The translations under genes and the position numbers were made by a program. A stretch of 64,000 bases of DNA. Origin: Myxococcales bacterium. Lineage in GTDB: Bacteria; Myxococcota_A; Polyangia; Polyangiales; Houyiibacteriaceae. Of the stretch, positions 48,663 through 57,680 are shown one piece after another. Position 1 is the stretch's first letter. Each line of letters opens with the position of its first letter. Below the pieces are notes generated by a model. It made no database searches. It had not been told where the DNA came from and saw only the letters and a list, made by a program, of their open reading frames with translations. The stretch covers positions 1,837-65,836 of the forward strand of contig JAGQJE010000206.1 in assembly GCA_020430775.1 (NCBI GenBank), in the 5' to 3' direction.

Positions 48663-49586
48663 TCATTTCTTGAGGAGGAGACAGACGAGCACGGCCACGT
48701 CTCGCGGGGTCGCGTCGGTGCCGCACTTGATCCACGCGCGCTCGAGCTGCAAGCCGATGTCGCGCTGGAGCGTCGCGGTCAGGCCCCAGAGCACGACGCG
48801 GAAGTCGGGCGGCAGATGCTGCGCGACCGCAGGGAGACGGGCCGTGTCGACACCGGCGGCCATGCAGTCGAGCACGACCATGGTGTCGCCGCCGGCGTAG
48901 CGCAGCTCGTAGAGGAGCGCCTCGACGTCGTCGACACGGCGCACGTCCGCTTCGCGAGACAGCACGAGCGACAGCGCCTCGGCGCGTTCGCGGTCCGTCG
49001 TCGCCACGAAGACCACGGGTCTCGCCTGCGGTGCCTCGCTGTGCTGGCGCTGGAGCGCCTGTGGCGGCTCCGACCCGTCGCCGCGCAGCACGTACATGCC
49101 CACTGGGCGCGCTTGCTCCGATGGTTCTTGGTCGGGCGCGGGGCTCTTGGGTTCCGAGACGCGAGGACGCTGCTGGCGCTGGGTGACGTCCTCCGGGCTC
49201 ACGTCCTCCGGCCAGCCCGAGACCGGATCGGCCGCGCCCCAACCGGCGGGTGGGGGGCTCGGTGGGGGTGCCGTCGTCATCGTGTCCTGCGCGCGCGCGG
49301 GAGCCGGGAACTCGGTCTTCGCCGGGGTCATGGCCACGATCGGGATCAGCGCCTGGCGCACGGCGTCGGCGGCGGACGCGCCGAGCAGCTCGTCGGCGGC
49401 TCGGTGCAGCTCGACCGTGATGAACTCGCGCAGGGAGGCGCCGCCGTCGGGCACCGCGTCGCGGTGGCTCGCCTCGAGCGCGCGCCGGAGAATCTTGTCG
49501 GCCACGGCGCTCGAGGCGACGGCCTCGAGCGCTTCCTGGATCGCGTGCGCGACGAGTCCCTTGGTCGTCATATACCCCTTGAGCAT
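48663..49586 (-). CDS. Hypothetical protein (helical N-terminus, Pro-rich linker, C-terminal receiver-like alpha/beta region)
   Basis: 307 aa. The opposite-strand ORF has typical shadow composition. The C-terminus VVFVATTDRE...DTMVVLDCMAAGVD...RVVLWG loosely resembles a CheY-like fold. No family recognised. Confidence 0.6.
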   Translation of the reverse strand: MLKGYMTTKGLVAHAIQEALEAVASSAVADKILRRALEASHRDAVPDGGASLREFITVELHRAADELLGASAADAVRQALIPIVAMTPAKTEFPAPARAQDTMTTAPPPSPPPAGWGAADPVSGWPEDVSPEDVTQRQQRPRVSEPKSPAPDQEPSEQARPVGMYVLRGDGSEPPQALQRQHSEAPQARPVVFVATTDRERAEALSLVLSREADVRRVDDVEALLYELRYAGGDTMVVLDCMAAGVDTARLPAVAQHLPPDFRVVLWGLTATLQRDIGLQLERAWIKCGTDATPRDVAVLVCLLLKK

Positions 49587-49626
49587 AGCCCGAATGGGTG
49601 GGTCTTGTCGTGTTAGGTTGCAGCCA

Positions 49627-50559
49627 ATGTGGATTCTTGGGGTCGACGAGAACGGGATGGGGCCGCAATTCGGTCCGCTGGTGGCGACGGCGGTGGCGAT
49701 CGAGCCCGATCATTACGATCCCGCTGTGTGGCGGGCTCGCGGCGAAAGGCTCGGGATTACCGACAGCAAGCAGAGCAGCGGGGCGGGCAGGATGGCGCGC
49801 GCCGAGTCGTTCGCGCTCGCCCTGGTCGAGCGCGTGTTCGGCGAAGCTCCCGCGACGGCCGACGCGCTGCTCGATCGGCTCGTCAGCGCAGGCGCTGCCG
49901 GGCTCCGCGCGTCGTGCGGGTGCAGGTCCGCGTCGGCGCCCGCCGTCGACCAGTGCTTCGGCGTCGATGTGCGGCTGCCGGCGTTCGGCGGCGACGTGGA
50001 CGAGGGCCGGCGCTGGCTCCGCGCGCTCGAGGCCGAAGCGCCGCTGCGTGTACGGTGGGTGCGCAGCGACCTCGCGTGCGCCGCTCGGCTGAACCGCGCG
50101 CTCGAGGAAGGCCGTAACAAGCTCCGTGTCGACCTCGGGCTCTTCGAGGGGCTGGTCCTGGCGGCGCGCGCGCACGCCGGAGCGGACCTGCGCGCGATCT
50201 GCGGGATGGTCGGCGGCATACGGGACTACACGAAGTACCTCGGCCGTCTCGCGGCCGTGCCGGCGCGCACCACCGGAACGGACCGCCGGCGAAGGCGCTA
50301 CGTCGTGGAGATGGTCGGCGAGGTCGCCTTCGAGGTGAAGGCCGACGCCGCCCACTTGCCCGTGGCGATGGCCTCGATGGTGGGCAAGTACGTGCGGGAG
50401 CTAGAGGTAGAGCGCATCAACCGCTTCTATCGCGCGTACCTCCCGCACCTCCCGCGGGCGAGCGGCTACCACGACCCGGTGAGCGATCGTTTCGTGCGGG
50501 AGACCGCGGGCGTGCGCGAGCGCCTCGGCGTCCCGCCCGAGTGCTTCCTGCGCCGCTGA
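49627..50559 (+). CDS. Divergent RNase HII-like protein with an ~100-aa insertion
   Basis: ILGVDENGMGPQFGPLVATAV (compare GVDEAGRGPLAGPVV), ITDSKQS (compare DSKKL), EVKADAAHLPVAMASMVGKYVRE (compare KGDS...AAASILAKVTRD), ASGYHDP (compare GYPSD). 310 aa against about 200 for canonical RNase HII. Confidence 0.6.
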   Translation: MWILGVDENGMGPQFGPLVATAVAIEPDHYDPAVWRARGERLGITDSKQSSGAGRMARAESFALALVERVFGEAPATADALLDRLVSAGAAGLRASCGCRSASAPAVDQCFGVDVRLPAFGGDVDEGRRWLRALEAEAPLRVRWVRSDLACAARLNRALEEGRNKLRVDLGLFEGLVLAARAHAGADLRAICGMVGGIRDYTKYLGRLAAVPARTTGTDRRRRRYVVEMVGEVAFEVKADAAHLPVAMASMVGKYVRELEVERINRFYRAYLPHLPRASGYHDPVSDRFVRETAGVRERLGVPPECFLRR

Positions 50560-50616
50560 CGCCGTGTGGACGCGTGCGCGACGCCGGCCGGGCGCTCCCC
50601 GCGCGGTCCGTGGTAC

Positions 50617-51732
50617 ATGGAGGCGATGTCCGAGCCCGAGACGCGGCCGGTGCCGAGGTGGTTTTGGTGGGCCGTCGCCGTCGGGCTGGCCGCGGGGGCC
50701 ATCTACCTGCTGCGCGGCGTCCTCACGCCCGTCTTCTTCGCGTTCCTCATCGCCTATCTGCTCGATCCGCTGGTCGATCGCCTGGAGTCGTGGCGGCTGC
50801 CGCGGGCGCTGGCCATCGTGGTCATCTTCGTCCTGGGCGTCGGCGCGCTCGCGCTGCTCGCGCTGCTCGTCGCGCCCGCCGCGGTGCGCGAGCTCGGCAC
50901 GTTCGCCCGCAATTTCCCGAGCGCGCTGCAGGATCTCGTCGCGCGCATCCAGCCCTGGCTCGCCGAGCACGGTATCCCAGTCCCGCACAATCTCCCGGAG
51001 GCGGTCGCGCAGATCGGCGGCGACGTCGAGGCCCTCGCGGGTCGGGCGGCGCGTCCGGCGTTCGCCGCGCTCCAGTGGCTGGTCGGGAGCACGGCGACGC
51101 TCGTCGGCGCGCTCGTCGCCGCCGTCATCGTCCCTATCTTCGCGACCTACCTCCTCTACGACTTCGACCGGATGGTCACGACGGTCGCCGAGCTCATCCC
51201 CGCGAACGCCCGTCCGCGCACCTACGCGCTCTTTCGCGATATCGACGTCGCCCTCGGGCGTTTCGTGCGCGGTCAGCTCACGGTCATGGCGATCCTCGCG
51301 GTGCTCTACGGGCTCGCCTACGCGATCGTCGGGGTCCCGCTCGCCGCGCTGATCGGGCTCGTCGCGGGGCTCTTCTCGTTCATCCCCTACGTCGGCGCGG
51401 GCCTCGCGCTCATGCTCGCGCTCGTGATGTCGGTCCTCGGCGGTCAGGAGCTGACGCGGCTCATCTGGGTGCTCGTGGCCTACGGCGCCGTCCAGCTCCT
51501 CGAGGGCTTCGTCGTCACCCCGAACGTGATGGGCAGCAAGGTCGGGTTGTCGTCGATCTGGGTGCTCTTTGCGCTGATGGTGGGCGCGGAGCTCTTCGGC
51601 TTCCTCGGCGTCCTGCTCGCGGTGCCGACCGCCGCCGTGCTGAAGGTCCTGGTCGTCCGCGCGGTCGACGGCTATCGGCGCAGCGCGCTCTTCACCGGTG
51701 AGACCGAGCCGCCCCCAGCCGCCGATCCGTAG
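50617..51732 (+). CDS. AI-2E family transporter (PerM/YhhT, UPF0118)
   Basis: About 8 TM helices, with patterns FLIAYLLDPLVD.L, VPIFATYLLYDFDRM, FSFIPYVGAGLA and GVLLAVPTAAVLKVLV. Start is uncertain (GTG 50566, ATG 50617 or ATG 50626). Confidence 0.85.
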   Translation: MEAMSEPETRPVPRWFWWAVAVGLAAGAIYLLRGVLTPVFFAFLIAYLLDPLVDRLESWRLPRALAIVVIFVLGVGALALLALLVAPAAVRELGTFARNFPSALQDLVARIQPWLAEHGIPVPHNLPEAVAQIGGDVEALAGRAARPAFAALQWLVGSTATLVGALVAAVIVPIFATYLLYDFDRMVTTVAELIPANARPRTYALFRDIDVALGRFVRGQLTVMAILAVLYGLAYAIVGVPLAALIGLVAGLFSFIPYVGAGLALMLALVMSVLGGQELTRLIWVLVAYGAVQLLEGFVVTPNVMGSKVGLSSIWVLFALMVGAELFGFLGVLLAVPTAAVLKVLVVRAVDGYRRSALFTGETEPPPAADP

Positions 51733-51762
51733 CCCAGGCGCCGCGGGTGAGCGGCGCGCAGC

Positions 51763-54700
51763 TCAAAGCAGCCCGACACGCTCGCGGAGCTGCATCGCGG
51801 CGGGCGAGGCCCAGAACCGCAAGAGGTCCCGCGCGGTCGGTTGCTCGATGAGCGAGTCGCGCGGGGTCGACGGCGCCACGGCCGCGGGCTCCGGGGCGAA
51901 CGTGTCGAGCGCGCGCAGGCACGCGTGCAGGTCGTCGGCGAGGACCGAGGCCGTCCGGTACGCGGTGCGGCGCACCGAGGCGCACCACCGCTCGAGGTCC
52001 GGGGGTGGGAGCTCGGCGTACGCGCCGGCGGCTTCCTCGAGCGCGCGCCGCAGCCTGCGGGGCGTCGCCTTTCGGACGCGCTCGGACTGCACGTCGAGGA
52101 ACTCGTCGCTGGTGAGGCCGGCTCCGTAGCGCGCGTCGCACAGGCGCGCTGCGGACGCGAGCAGGATGGCGATCTCACGGGCGTGGAGGTGGTCGACGGC
52201 CGCGATGCCGCGCGCGAGGTTCGACAGCGGCTGTGCGAGCAGGAACACGCGCACGGGCGGCGCCAGCTCGTCGAGCCACGCGGGCAGCAGCAGCGTCGCC
52301 GGCTGGCCGAGCTCGATCGACACCCCGAGGCCCCGCGCGCCACGGCGCCGGTCGTGGTGGCGATAGATGTGCAGCTCGGGCGCCTCGAGGGCGGCGCAGA
52401 GCTGATCCACCAGCGCGAGGGTCGCGTCCGCGTCGCGCGCGGTGAGCCGGTCGCGCGGCGCGAGCCCGTAGGCCTCGAGGTCCGCCGGGTAGAGGCGGTG
52501 CATGCACGGGCCGAGGGCGCGGAGAAGCTCGAGGATGGCCTCGCTCCCGGGCTCCGTCTCCTGGAGCTGGTCGAAGACCACCGGCGGCAGCGACGCCGCG
52601 CGGACGGCGGCCGGCCGGGCGGGCGCCGCGCGCAGGAGGAGCTCGTCTCCGGCGGTCGCAGGGACCAGCGCGAGCAGCCCCTCGGTGGCGATGCGCGCCT
52701 CGATCGCGCGTCCGGAACGCGCGTAGGCGTCCGCGAGCGCGCGCCAGGTGGGCGGGTCGTTCGGCTGCTCGCCGATCCTGCGCTGCAGCTCGCCGATCGG
52801 GCGATCGTCGAGCGTGGTCACGGGGCTCGGCGCCGCGGCGGGCAGCGGCGGCGGCGCGGTCGACGGGGCGGGCGAGTACTGTTCGGCGGGCGGCTCGAGC
52901 GCCGGCTCGGCGGGCGCGTCCGTCCGCGCTGCGGCCAACGGCTCGGGCGGCGGCTCGGCCTGCGCGTCGTCGGCGCGCGTTCGAGTCTCTCGGACCTCCA
53001 GCTCGTCGAAGTACATCGACGCGATCTCGCGGTACGCCTCGATCGTCTCCGCGTGGCCGGGCTCCGTCGCCAAGAAGGCCTCGAGCGCGGTGACGTAGGC
53101 GCGGCGCTCGTCCGCGGTCGAGACCCGCTCGCGCGCCGCGCGGGCCGCGGCGCTCTTCGGTCCGGCGTTCGCGACGATGGCGAGCAGTGAGTCGAGCGCG
53201 GGCATGCGCGTCGGCGGTGGGGCGGGCGCGCTCGGCACGTGGCTCGTGTCGGCTTCCGGCGGGGGCAAGCTCGCGACGCGCTCTGGCGGTGTGTGCACCT
53301 CGAGCTCGGGCGCCGAGTCGTCGTCGGCGAGGTCATCGTCGCGGCCGGGAGCGATCCGCTCGATCGTCGGCCAGCCCGTCGCCCGGCCCGCCCGCTCGGT
53401 CGGCCAGAAAATGTCCGCCTCGGCGTGGGCGTGGCTCTGCTTCGGCGGCGGCGGCGCGGTCGGCACGTCGTCGTCGTCGTGACTCCGCTGGTCCCGTGGT
53501 GCCAGGCTCTGGGTCGGCGGCGGCGGCTCAGTCGGCATGCCTCCGTCGCCGCGGGGCCCGCGGTCCTGTGGTGCCAGGCTCTGGGTCGGCGGCGGCGCGG
53601 TCGGCACGTCGTCGTCGTAGCGCCGCTCGTCCCCGCGCGTGTAGCTCTCGGTCGGCGCGCGCGGAGGCGGCACGACCCCGGCGGCAACCCCATCGCGTGC
53701 GGCGGTCCTGTCGCGGTCGTCCGTCCCGGCGCCGTCCTCTCCAGGAGCGGCGTCGTCGTTCGCCTGGGCGCCGTCGTCCGCGCCGGTGGCGTCGCCTCGC
53801 GCTGCGGGGCCGCTCTCGTCGGCGCCGGCTTCGTCGGCCGCGGCACCAGGGCGCGCCCGTCGCTGAAAGAACCCCGACTCGATGGGCACGCGCGGCCACG
53901 GCTGCACCGCCTCTGCGGCCGCCGGTGGCGTCGCCGCTGCACCGGCGTCGGGCGCGTCGGCGAGCTTGCCTTGGTCGAGGGTCGCCATGCGGTCGAGCAG
54001 CCGCGCGGCCTCCTGCCACTGGCTGTCGCGCTGGTAGACCTCGGCGAGCCTGCGGAGCGCCGCGCGGTCGGTTGGGTCGGCCCGTAGGATGCGGTTGAGC
54101 GCCGTGATCGCACCCGGGAGGTTGCTCAGGTGGTCCGCCTGGAGGTTTGCGACCTGCAACCAGAGCGCGCGCGTGCGCTCCGGCTCGGTGCACGAGGCGG
54201 CCGCCCGTGCGAGCACGTCGGCGGCGCGTGAGGGCTGGCCTTGCGCGAGCAGCAGATAGTGCAGCGCGTCGGCGGCCTCCGGCGCCTCCGGGCAGAGCTC
54301 GAGCGCCCGCTCCAGCTCCGACATCGACCGCGCAGGGTCGTCGCCGCGCTGCAGACGCGCCTCCGCGCTTCGCGTCAACAGGTAGGCTGCCGAACGCGCG
54401 TCGCGGGTGACCTGCGCTTCACGTCGCGCCGCCTCCGAGAGCGCGTCCGGATCGCGCGCCGCCATCGCGAGCCGAGAGAGGCCGCGCGTCGCGGCGAGGC
54501 TGCCCGGGTCGAGCTCGATGGCCCGCGCATAGGCCCGCGTGGCGCCGTCGTCCCCGATCCGTTCGAGGTGCTCGGCGAGCCGCAGCGCGTGCGCCGCGCG
54601 CAGGCTCGCGCGGCCGGGTTCGTTCGCCAGGCGGTCGTCGATGTCGGCCAGCGCCTCGCCGTCACCACGCTCGAGGGCCAGGTGCTCGAGCTGGTAGAGC

Positions 54701-57525
54701 GCCTGCGGGTCCGCAGGGTCGATCGCGAGGATCGCCTCGAGCGTCTGCCGCCGCTCGTCGATCGTTCCGATCGCGTGGCGCTCCTGGACGCGGCCCAGCT
54801 CTCGCAGCGCGCCGATCCGAGCGGCCGGCGTGGACAGCGACCAGACCTGCCGCTGATACACGGACGCGAGCTTCTCCCACGCCTCCCGGGCGCGGTAGAG
54901 CGGCTCGATCGCGAGGAGCGCCTCGAGGTGGTTCGGGTCGATGGCGAGGGCGCGCTCGAGCGCCTCGATCGCGGCGTCGTCGTCGTGCAGGCGGTCGGCG
55001 AGCAGCTCGGCACGCTGAACCCAGGCAGATACAGCGTCGGCTCCGGCGGTGCTCCGCTGGGCCTCGGCCGCGAGCTCGTCGCTCAGCACCTCCCAGGCGT
55101 CGCGGCTCGCGCGCAGGCGGGTGAGCGCGTCACGCGCGAGCGCGTGCTCGGGGGCCAGCTCGCGCGCCTCCTCGTACGCGGCGACCGCTTCGGCCGTGCG
55201 GTCCGCGCTCGTCTCGTACACTTCGCCGAGGCGGAAGGCCGCGTCGGCGCGCGCGCGCGGCTCGTCGATCGCGAGCAAGCGCAGGCGCAGCACATCCGCC
55301 AGGGCGTCGAGGTCGCCGCGCTCGCGCAGCTTGCGGGTCAGCGCGTGGACCGCCGGCGCGAACATGGGGTCGATCTCGATGGCGCGCTGGTAGTACCCGA
55401 TCGCCATGTCGTCGGCGTGCAGGCGATCCCGCGCGAGGTCGCCCATGCGATGCAGCAGCTCGACGCGGACGCCGCGGTGCTCGCTGCGCTCGAGCTCGCG
55501 ACGGTAGACGTCGAGCAGGTCCTCCCAGCGCCCCGCGGCGTGATACAGCCGCCCGAGGGCGGTCAGCGCCGGAGCGTATCCGGGGTCGATCTCGAGGATG
55601 CGGCGGAAGCGCTCGATGGCGCCGTCGTGGTCCCCCAGCTCTCGGTCGACCACCTCGCCTGCGCGGTGCAACAGCGCGACCGCCTGCTCGGACGAGTGGG
55701 TCTGATCGATCTCGAGCGTGATGGCCTCGACGAGGGCCCGCGGATCGTGGGCGCGCTCGGCGGTGCGCTGCAGGCTGTGGATCGCTCCGAGGTGCCCCGG
55801 CGCGATCTCGAGCACGCGGCGGTAGGTGTGCGCCGCGCGGACGTGGTCGCCGAGCTGGTCTTCGTATGCAGACGCGATCTCGAGCAGGTACGACACCGTC
55901 CGCTCGGGCTCGGGCGCGCGATCGACGGCGCGCTCGTAGAGCTCGATGAGGTCGTGCGGTCTGTGGTGCGCGCGGTACAGGCGCGCGAGCGCGCGAAACG
56001 CGGCGGCATGCTCGGGGACCACCGCGAGCGCGCGAGCGTACAGGTCGATGGCGCGCTCCGGGTGGTCGAGGCGGCCCTCCTGGATCTCCGCGACGCGCGC
56101 GAACGCGGACGCGCGGCGGTGGGGATCGTCGGTGTGCTCGGCCTCGCCGAGGTGCATGCGGGTGAGCGCGTCGTAGTCGCCGCGCTGCGCGTAGAGCACG
56201 CCGAGGGCTTGCAGCGTCGCGACCGACGCCGGCCGGATGGCGAGCGCGCGCTCGTACCACTCGAGCGCACCGTCGAGATCGTGCAGCGCTTCGTGGTGGA
56301 GCTGCCCGAGGCGGTGGTAGAGCGTCAGCCGCTCGCCGTCGTCTTCGGCGATCTCGGCGAGCCGGGCGAGCACGCGCCCGAGGTCCGTCGTGCGACCGGC
56401 GTCTTCGTAGAGCCGCGCCAGCACCTCGAGGACGAAGGGTGCATCCGGCCGGATGTCGAGCGCACGCTCGAGGGTGGCGGCGGCCGCCTCACGGTCACCG
56501 AGGCGCTCGGCCTGCACGCGCGCGATCCGGTAGAGAGTCCGCGTGCGCTGCGCGACCCCCGCCGTCTGGCGTGCCTGCACGTCGAGCACGTGCACGAGCT
56601 CCCGCCAGCGGTGCTGCTTCGTGTAAAGGCGCTCGAGGGCCGCGCCGACGCCCGCGGCGCGCGGGTCGAGGTCGAGCGCGCTCTCGTAGAGCTCGGCGGC
56701 GCCGCGGAGGTCGCCTCGTCGCGCCTCGGCGAGCTGGGCCCGGCGCGCGATGAGCGCGGCGCGGTAGGCGGGGTCATCGGTGACCGTGTGAGCCGTCTGC
56801 TCGAGGACCCGGTCGAGCTCCATCCACGCGCCGTCGGCGTAGTACCGGTGATACAGGGCCCGCAGGACCGACGGGTCGCCGCGGCGAAGATTCAGCGCGG
56901 CGACGAACGCGTCACGGGCCCGATCGGGCTCGTCGAGGTGGTCTTCGAGCAGGCTGCCCTTCTCGACGAGGAGCGAGGCCTTGTACATGGGGTCGGCCGC
57001 GTGCGCCACCTCGGCGTCCAGCAAGCCGACGAGCGCCTCGTAGTCGCGCAGCCGGCGCGCGACCCGGCGCGCCCCACGGAGCGCCGCCAGGTGGTCCGGC
57101 GCGATCGCGAGCGCGGCGTCGTAGTGCTGCTTGGCTTGGGGCAGCCCCTCGGGGAGCGCCTCGCACAGCCGCGCGGCCTCGTAGTGGAGCCGCGCAGCGC
57201 GCCGAGGGACGGGTGAGGTCGCCAGCTCGGCTTCGCAGGCTTCGACCAGCCGATGGGTCGAGCGATCCGGATCGAGCAGGTCTCGGGCGGTGCCGTGATC
57301 GTGCGCCGACCCACCGCGGCGCGCGGGGTCGGCCGCGGCGCCGGTGGGCTCGGGTGAGGCGCGCGGGCCGGCCGTTCCTTCGCGCGAGGGGGTCGCGCCG
57401 CCGCCCTGCTGGCGCGCCGCCGCCGCCGCCGGCCCGCGGTCGCTCGCCTCCGGCACGTCGCGTCGATTCTCTCGGTCGAGCGCGTGCTTCGGACGGTTGA
57501 CGCGGGGGGGGTCATCGGCGGGCAT
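51763..57525 (-). CDS. Giant (1920-aa) TPR-repeat protein: ~1000-aa TPR array, ~380-aa acidic/Pro-rich repeat linker, ~420-aa uncharacterised C-terminal domain
   Basis: One continuous ORF with consistently G/C-ending codons where read. There are dozens of TPR-like 34-aa units (..A...Y..AL..DP....A...L..LY...). The opposite-strand 991-aa ORF has shadow composition. Confidence 0.85.
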   Translation of the reverse strand: MPADDPPRVNRPKHALDRENRRDVPEASDRGPAAAAARQQGGGATPSREGTAGPRASPEPTGAAADPARRGGSAHDHGTARDLLDPDRSTHRLVEACEAELATSPVPRRAARLHYEAARLCEALPEGLPQAKQHYDAALAIAPDHLAALRGARRVARRLRDYEALVGLLDAEVAHAADPMYKASLLVEKGSLLEDHLDEPDRARDAFVAALNLRRGDPSVLRALYHRYYADGAWMELDRVLEQTAHTVTDDPAYRAALIARRAQLAEARRGDLRGAAELYESALDLDPRAAGVGAALERLYTKQHRWRELVHVLDVQARQTAGVAQRTRTLYRIARVQAERLGDREAAAATLERALDIRPDAPFVLEVLARLYEDAGRTTDLGRVLARLAEIAEDDGERLTLYHRLGQLHHEALHDLDGALEWYERALAIRPASVATLQALGVLYAQRGDYDALTRMHLGEAEHTDDPHRRASAFARVAEIQEGRLDHPERAIDLYARALAVVPEHAAAFRALARLYRAHHRPHDLIELYERAVDRAPEPERTVSYLLEIASAYEDQLGDHVRAAHTYRRVLEIAPGHLGAIHSLQRTAERAHDPRALVEAITLEIDQTHSSEQAVALLHRAGEVVDRELGDHDGAIERFRRILEIDPGYAPALTALGRLYHAAGRWEDLLDVYRRELERSEHRGVRVELLHRMGDLARDRLHADDMAIGYYQRAIEIDPMFAPAVHALTRKLRERGDLDALADVLRLRLLAIDEPRARADAAFRLGEVYETSADRTAEAVAAYEEARELAPEHALARDALTRLRASRDAWEVLSDELAAEAQRSTAGADAVSAWVQRAELLADRLHDDDAAIEALERALAIDPNHLEALLAIEPLYRAREAWEKLASVYQRQVWSLSTPAARIGALRELGRVQERHAIGTIDERRQTLEAILAIDPADPQALYQLEHLALERGDGEALADIDDRLANEPGRASLRAAHALRLAEHLERIGDDGATRAYARAIELDPGSLAATRGLSRLAMAARDPDALSEAARREAQVTRDARSAAYLLTRSAEARLQRGDDPARSMSELERALELCPEAPEAADALHYLLLAQGQPSRAADVLARAAASCTEPERTRALWLQVANLQADHLSNLPGAITALNRILRADPTDRAALRRLAEVYQRDSQWQEAARLLDRMATLDQGKLADAPDAGAAATPPAAAEAVQPWPRVPIESGFFQRRARPGAAADEAGADESGPAARGDATGADDGAQANDDAAPGEDGAGTDDRDRTAARDGVAAGVVPPPRAPTESYTRGDERRYDDDVPTAPPPTQSLAPQDRGPRGDGGMPTEPPPPTQSLAPRDQRSHDDDDVPTAPPPPKQSHAHAEADIFWPTERAGRATGWPTIERIAPGRDDDLADDDSAPELEVHTPPERVASLPPPEADTSHVPSAPAPPPTRMPALDSLLAIVANAGPKSAAARAARERVSTADERRAYVTALEAFLATEPGHAETIEAYREIASMYFDELEVRETRTRADDAQAEPPPEPLAAARTDAPAEPALEPPAEQYSPAPSTAPPPLPAAAPSPVTTLDDRPIGELQRRIGEQPNDPPTWRALADAYARSGRAIEARIATEGLLALVPATAGDELLLRAAPARPAAVRAASLPPVVFDQLQETEPGSEAILELLRALGPCMHRLYPADLEAYGLAPRDRLTARDADATLALVDQLCAALEAPELHIYRHHDRRRGARGLGVSIELGQPATLLLPAWLDELAPPVRVFLLAQPLSNLARGIAAVDHLHAREIAILLASAARLCDARYGAGLTSDEFLDVQSERVRKATPRRLRRALEEAAGAYAELPPPDLERWCASVRRTAYRTASVLADDLHACLRALDTFAPEPAAVAPSTPRDSLIEQPTARDLLRFWASPAAMQLRERVGLL
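53444..53620 (-). repeat. Imperfect 72-bp (24-codon) tandem repeat, ~2.5 copies, inside the giant TPR gene
   Basis: GTGGTGCCAGGCTCTGGGTCGGCGGCGGCGG occurs at 53496-53526 and again at 53568-53598. CGGCGGCGCGGTCGGCACGTCGTCGTCGT recurs at about 53449 and about 53589. It encodes VPTAPPP(P)TQSLAP(Q/R)D... units. Confidence 0.85.
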
Positions 57526-57680
57526 ACAGGGCGTACATGTAGGATGCGTGGTACGGCGCGGACTCCTAGCGCTTTTTTTGCTTTTTCGGTAGCGCTCCGA
57601 TCGCAGTTGTAGCCCTGCTCACGCTTTCAGCGGAGCGTACGTTACGATACGGGCGCTGAGCGCGCGTGAGCCGCGCTGTG

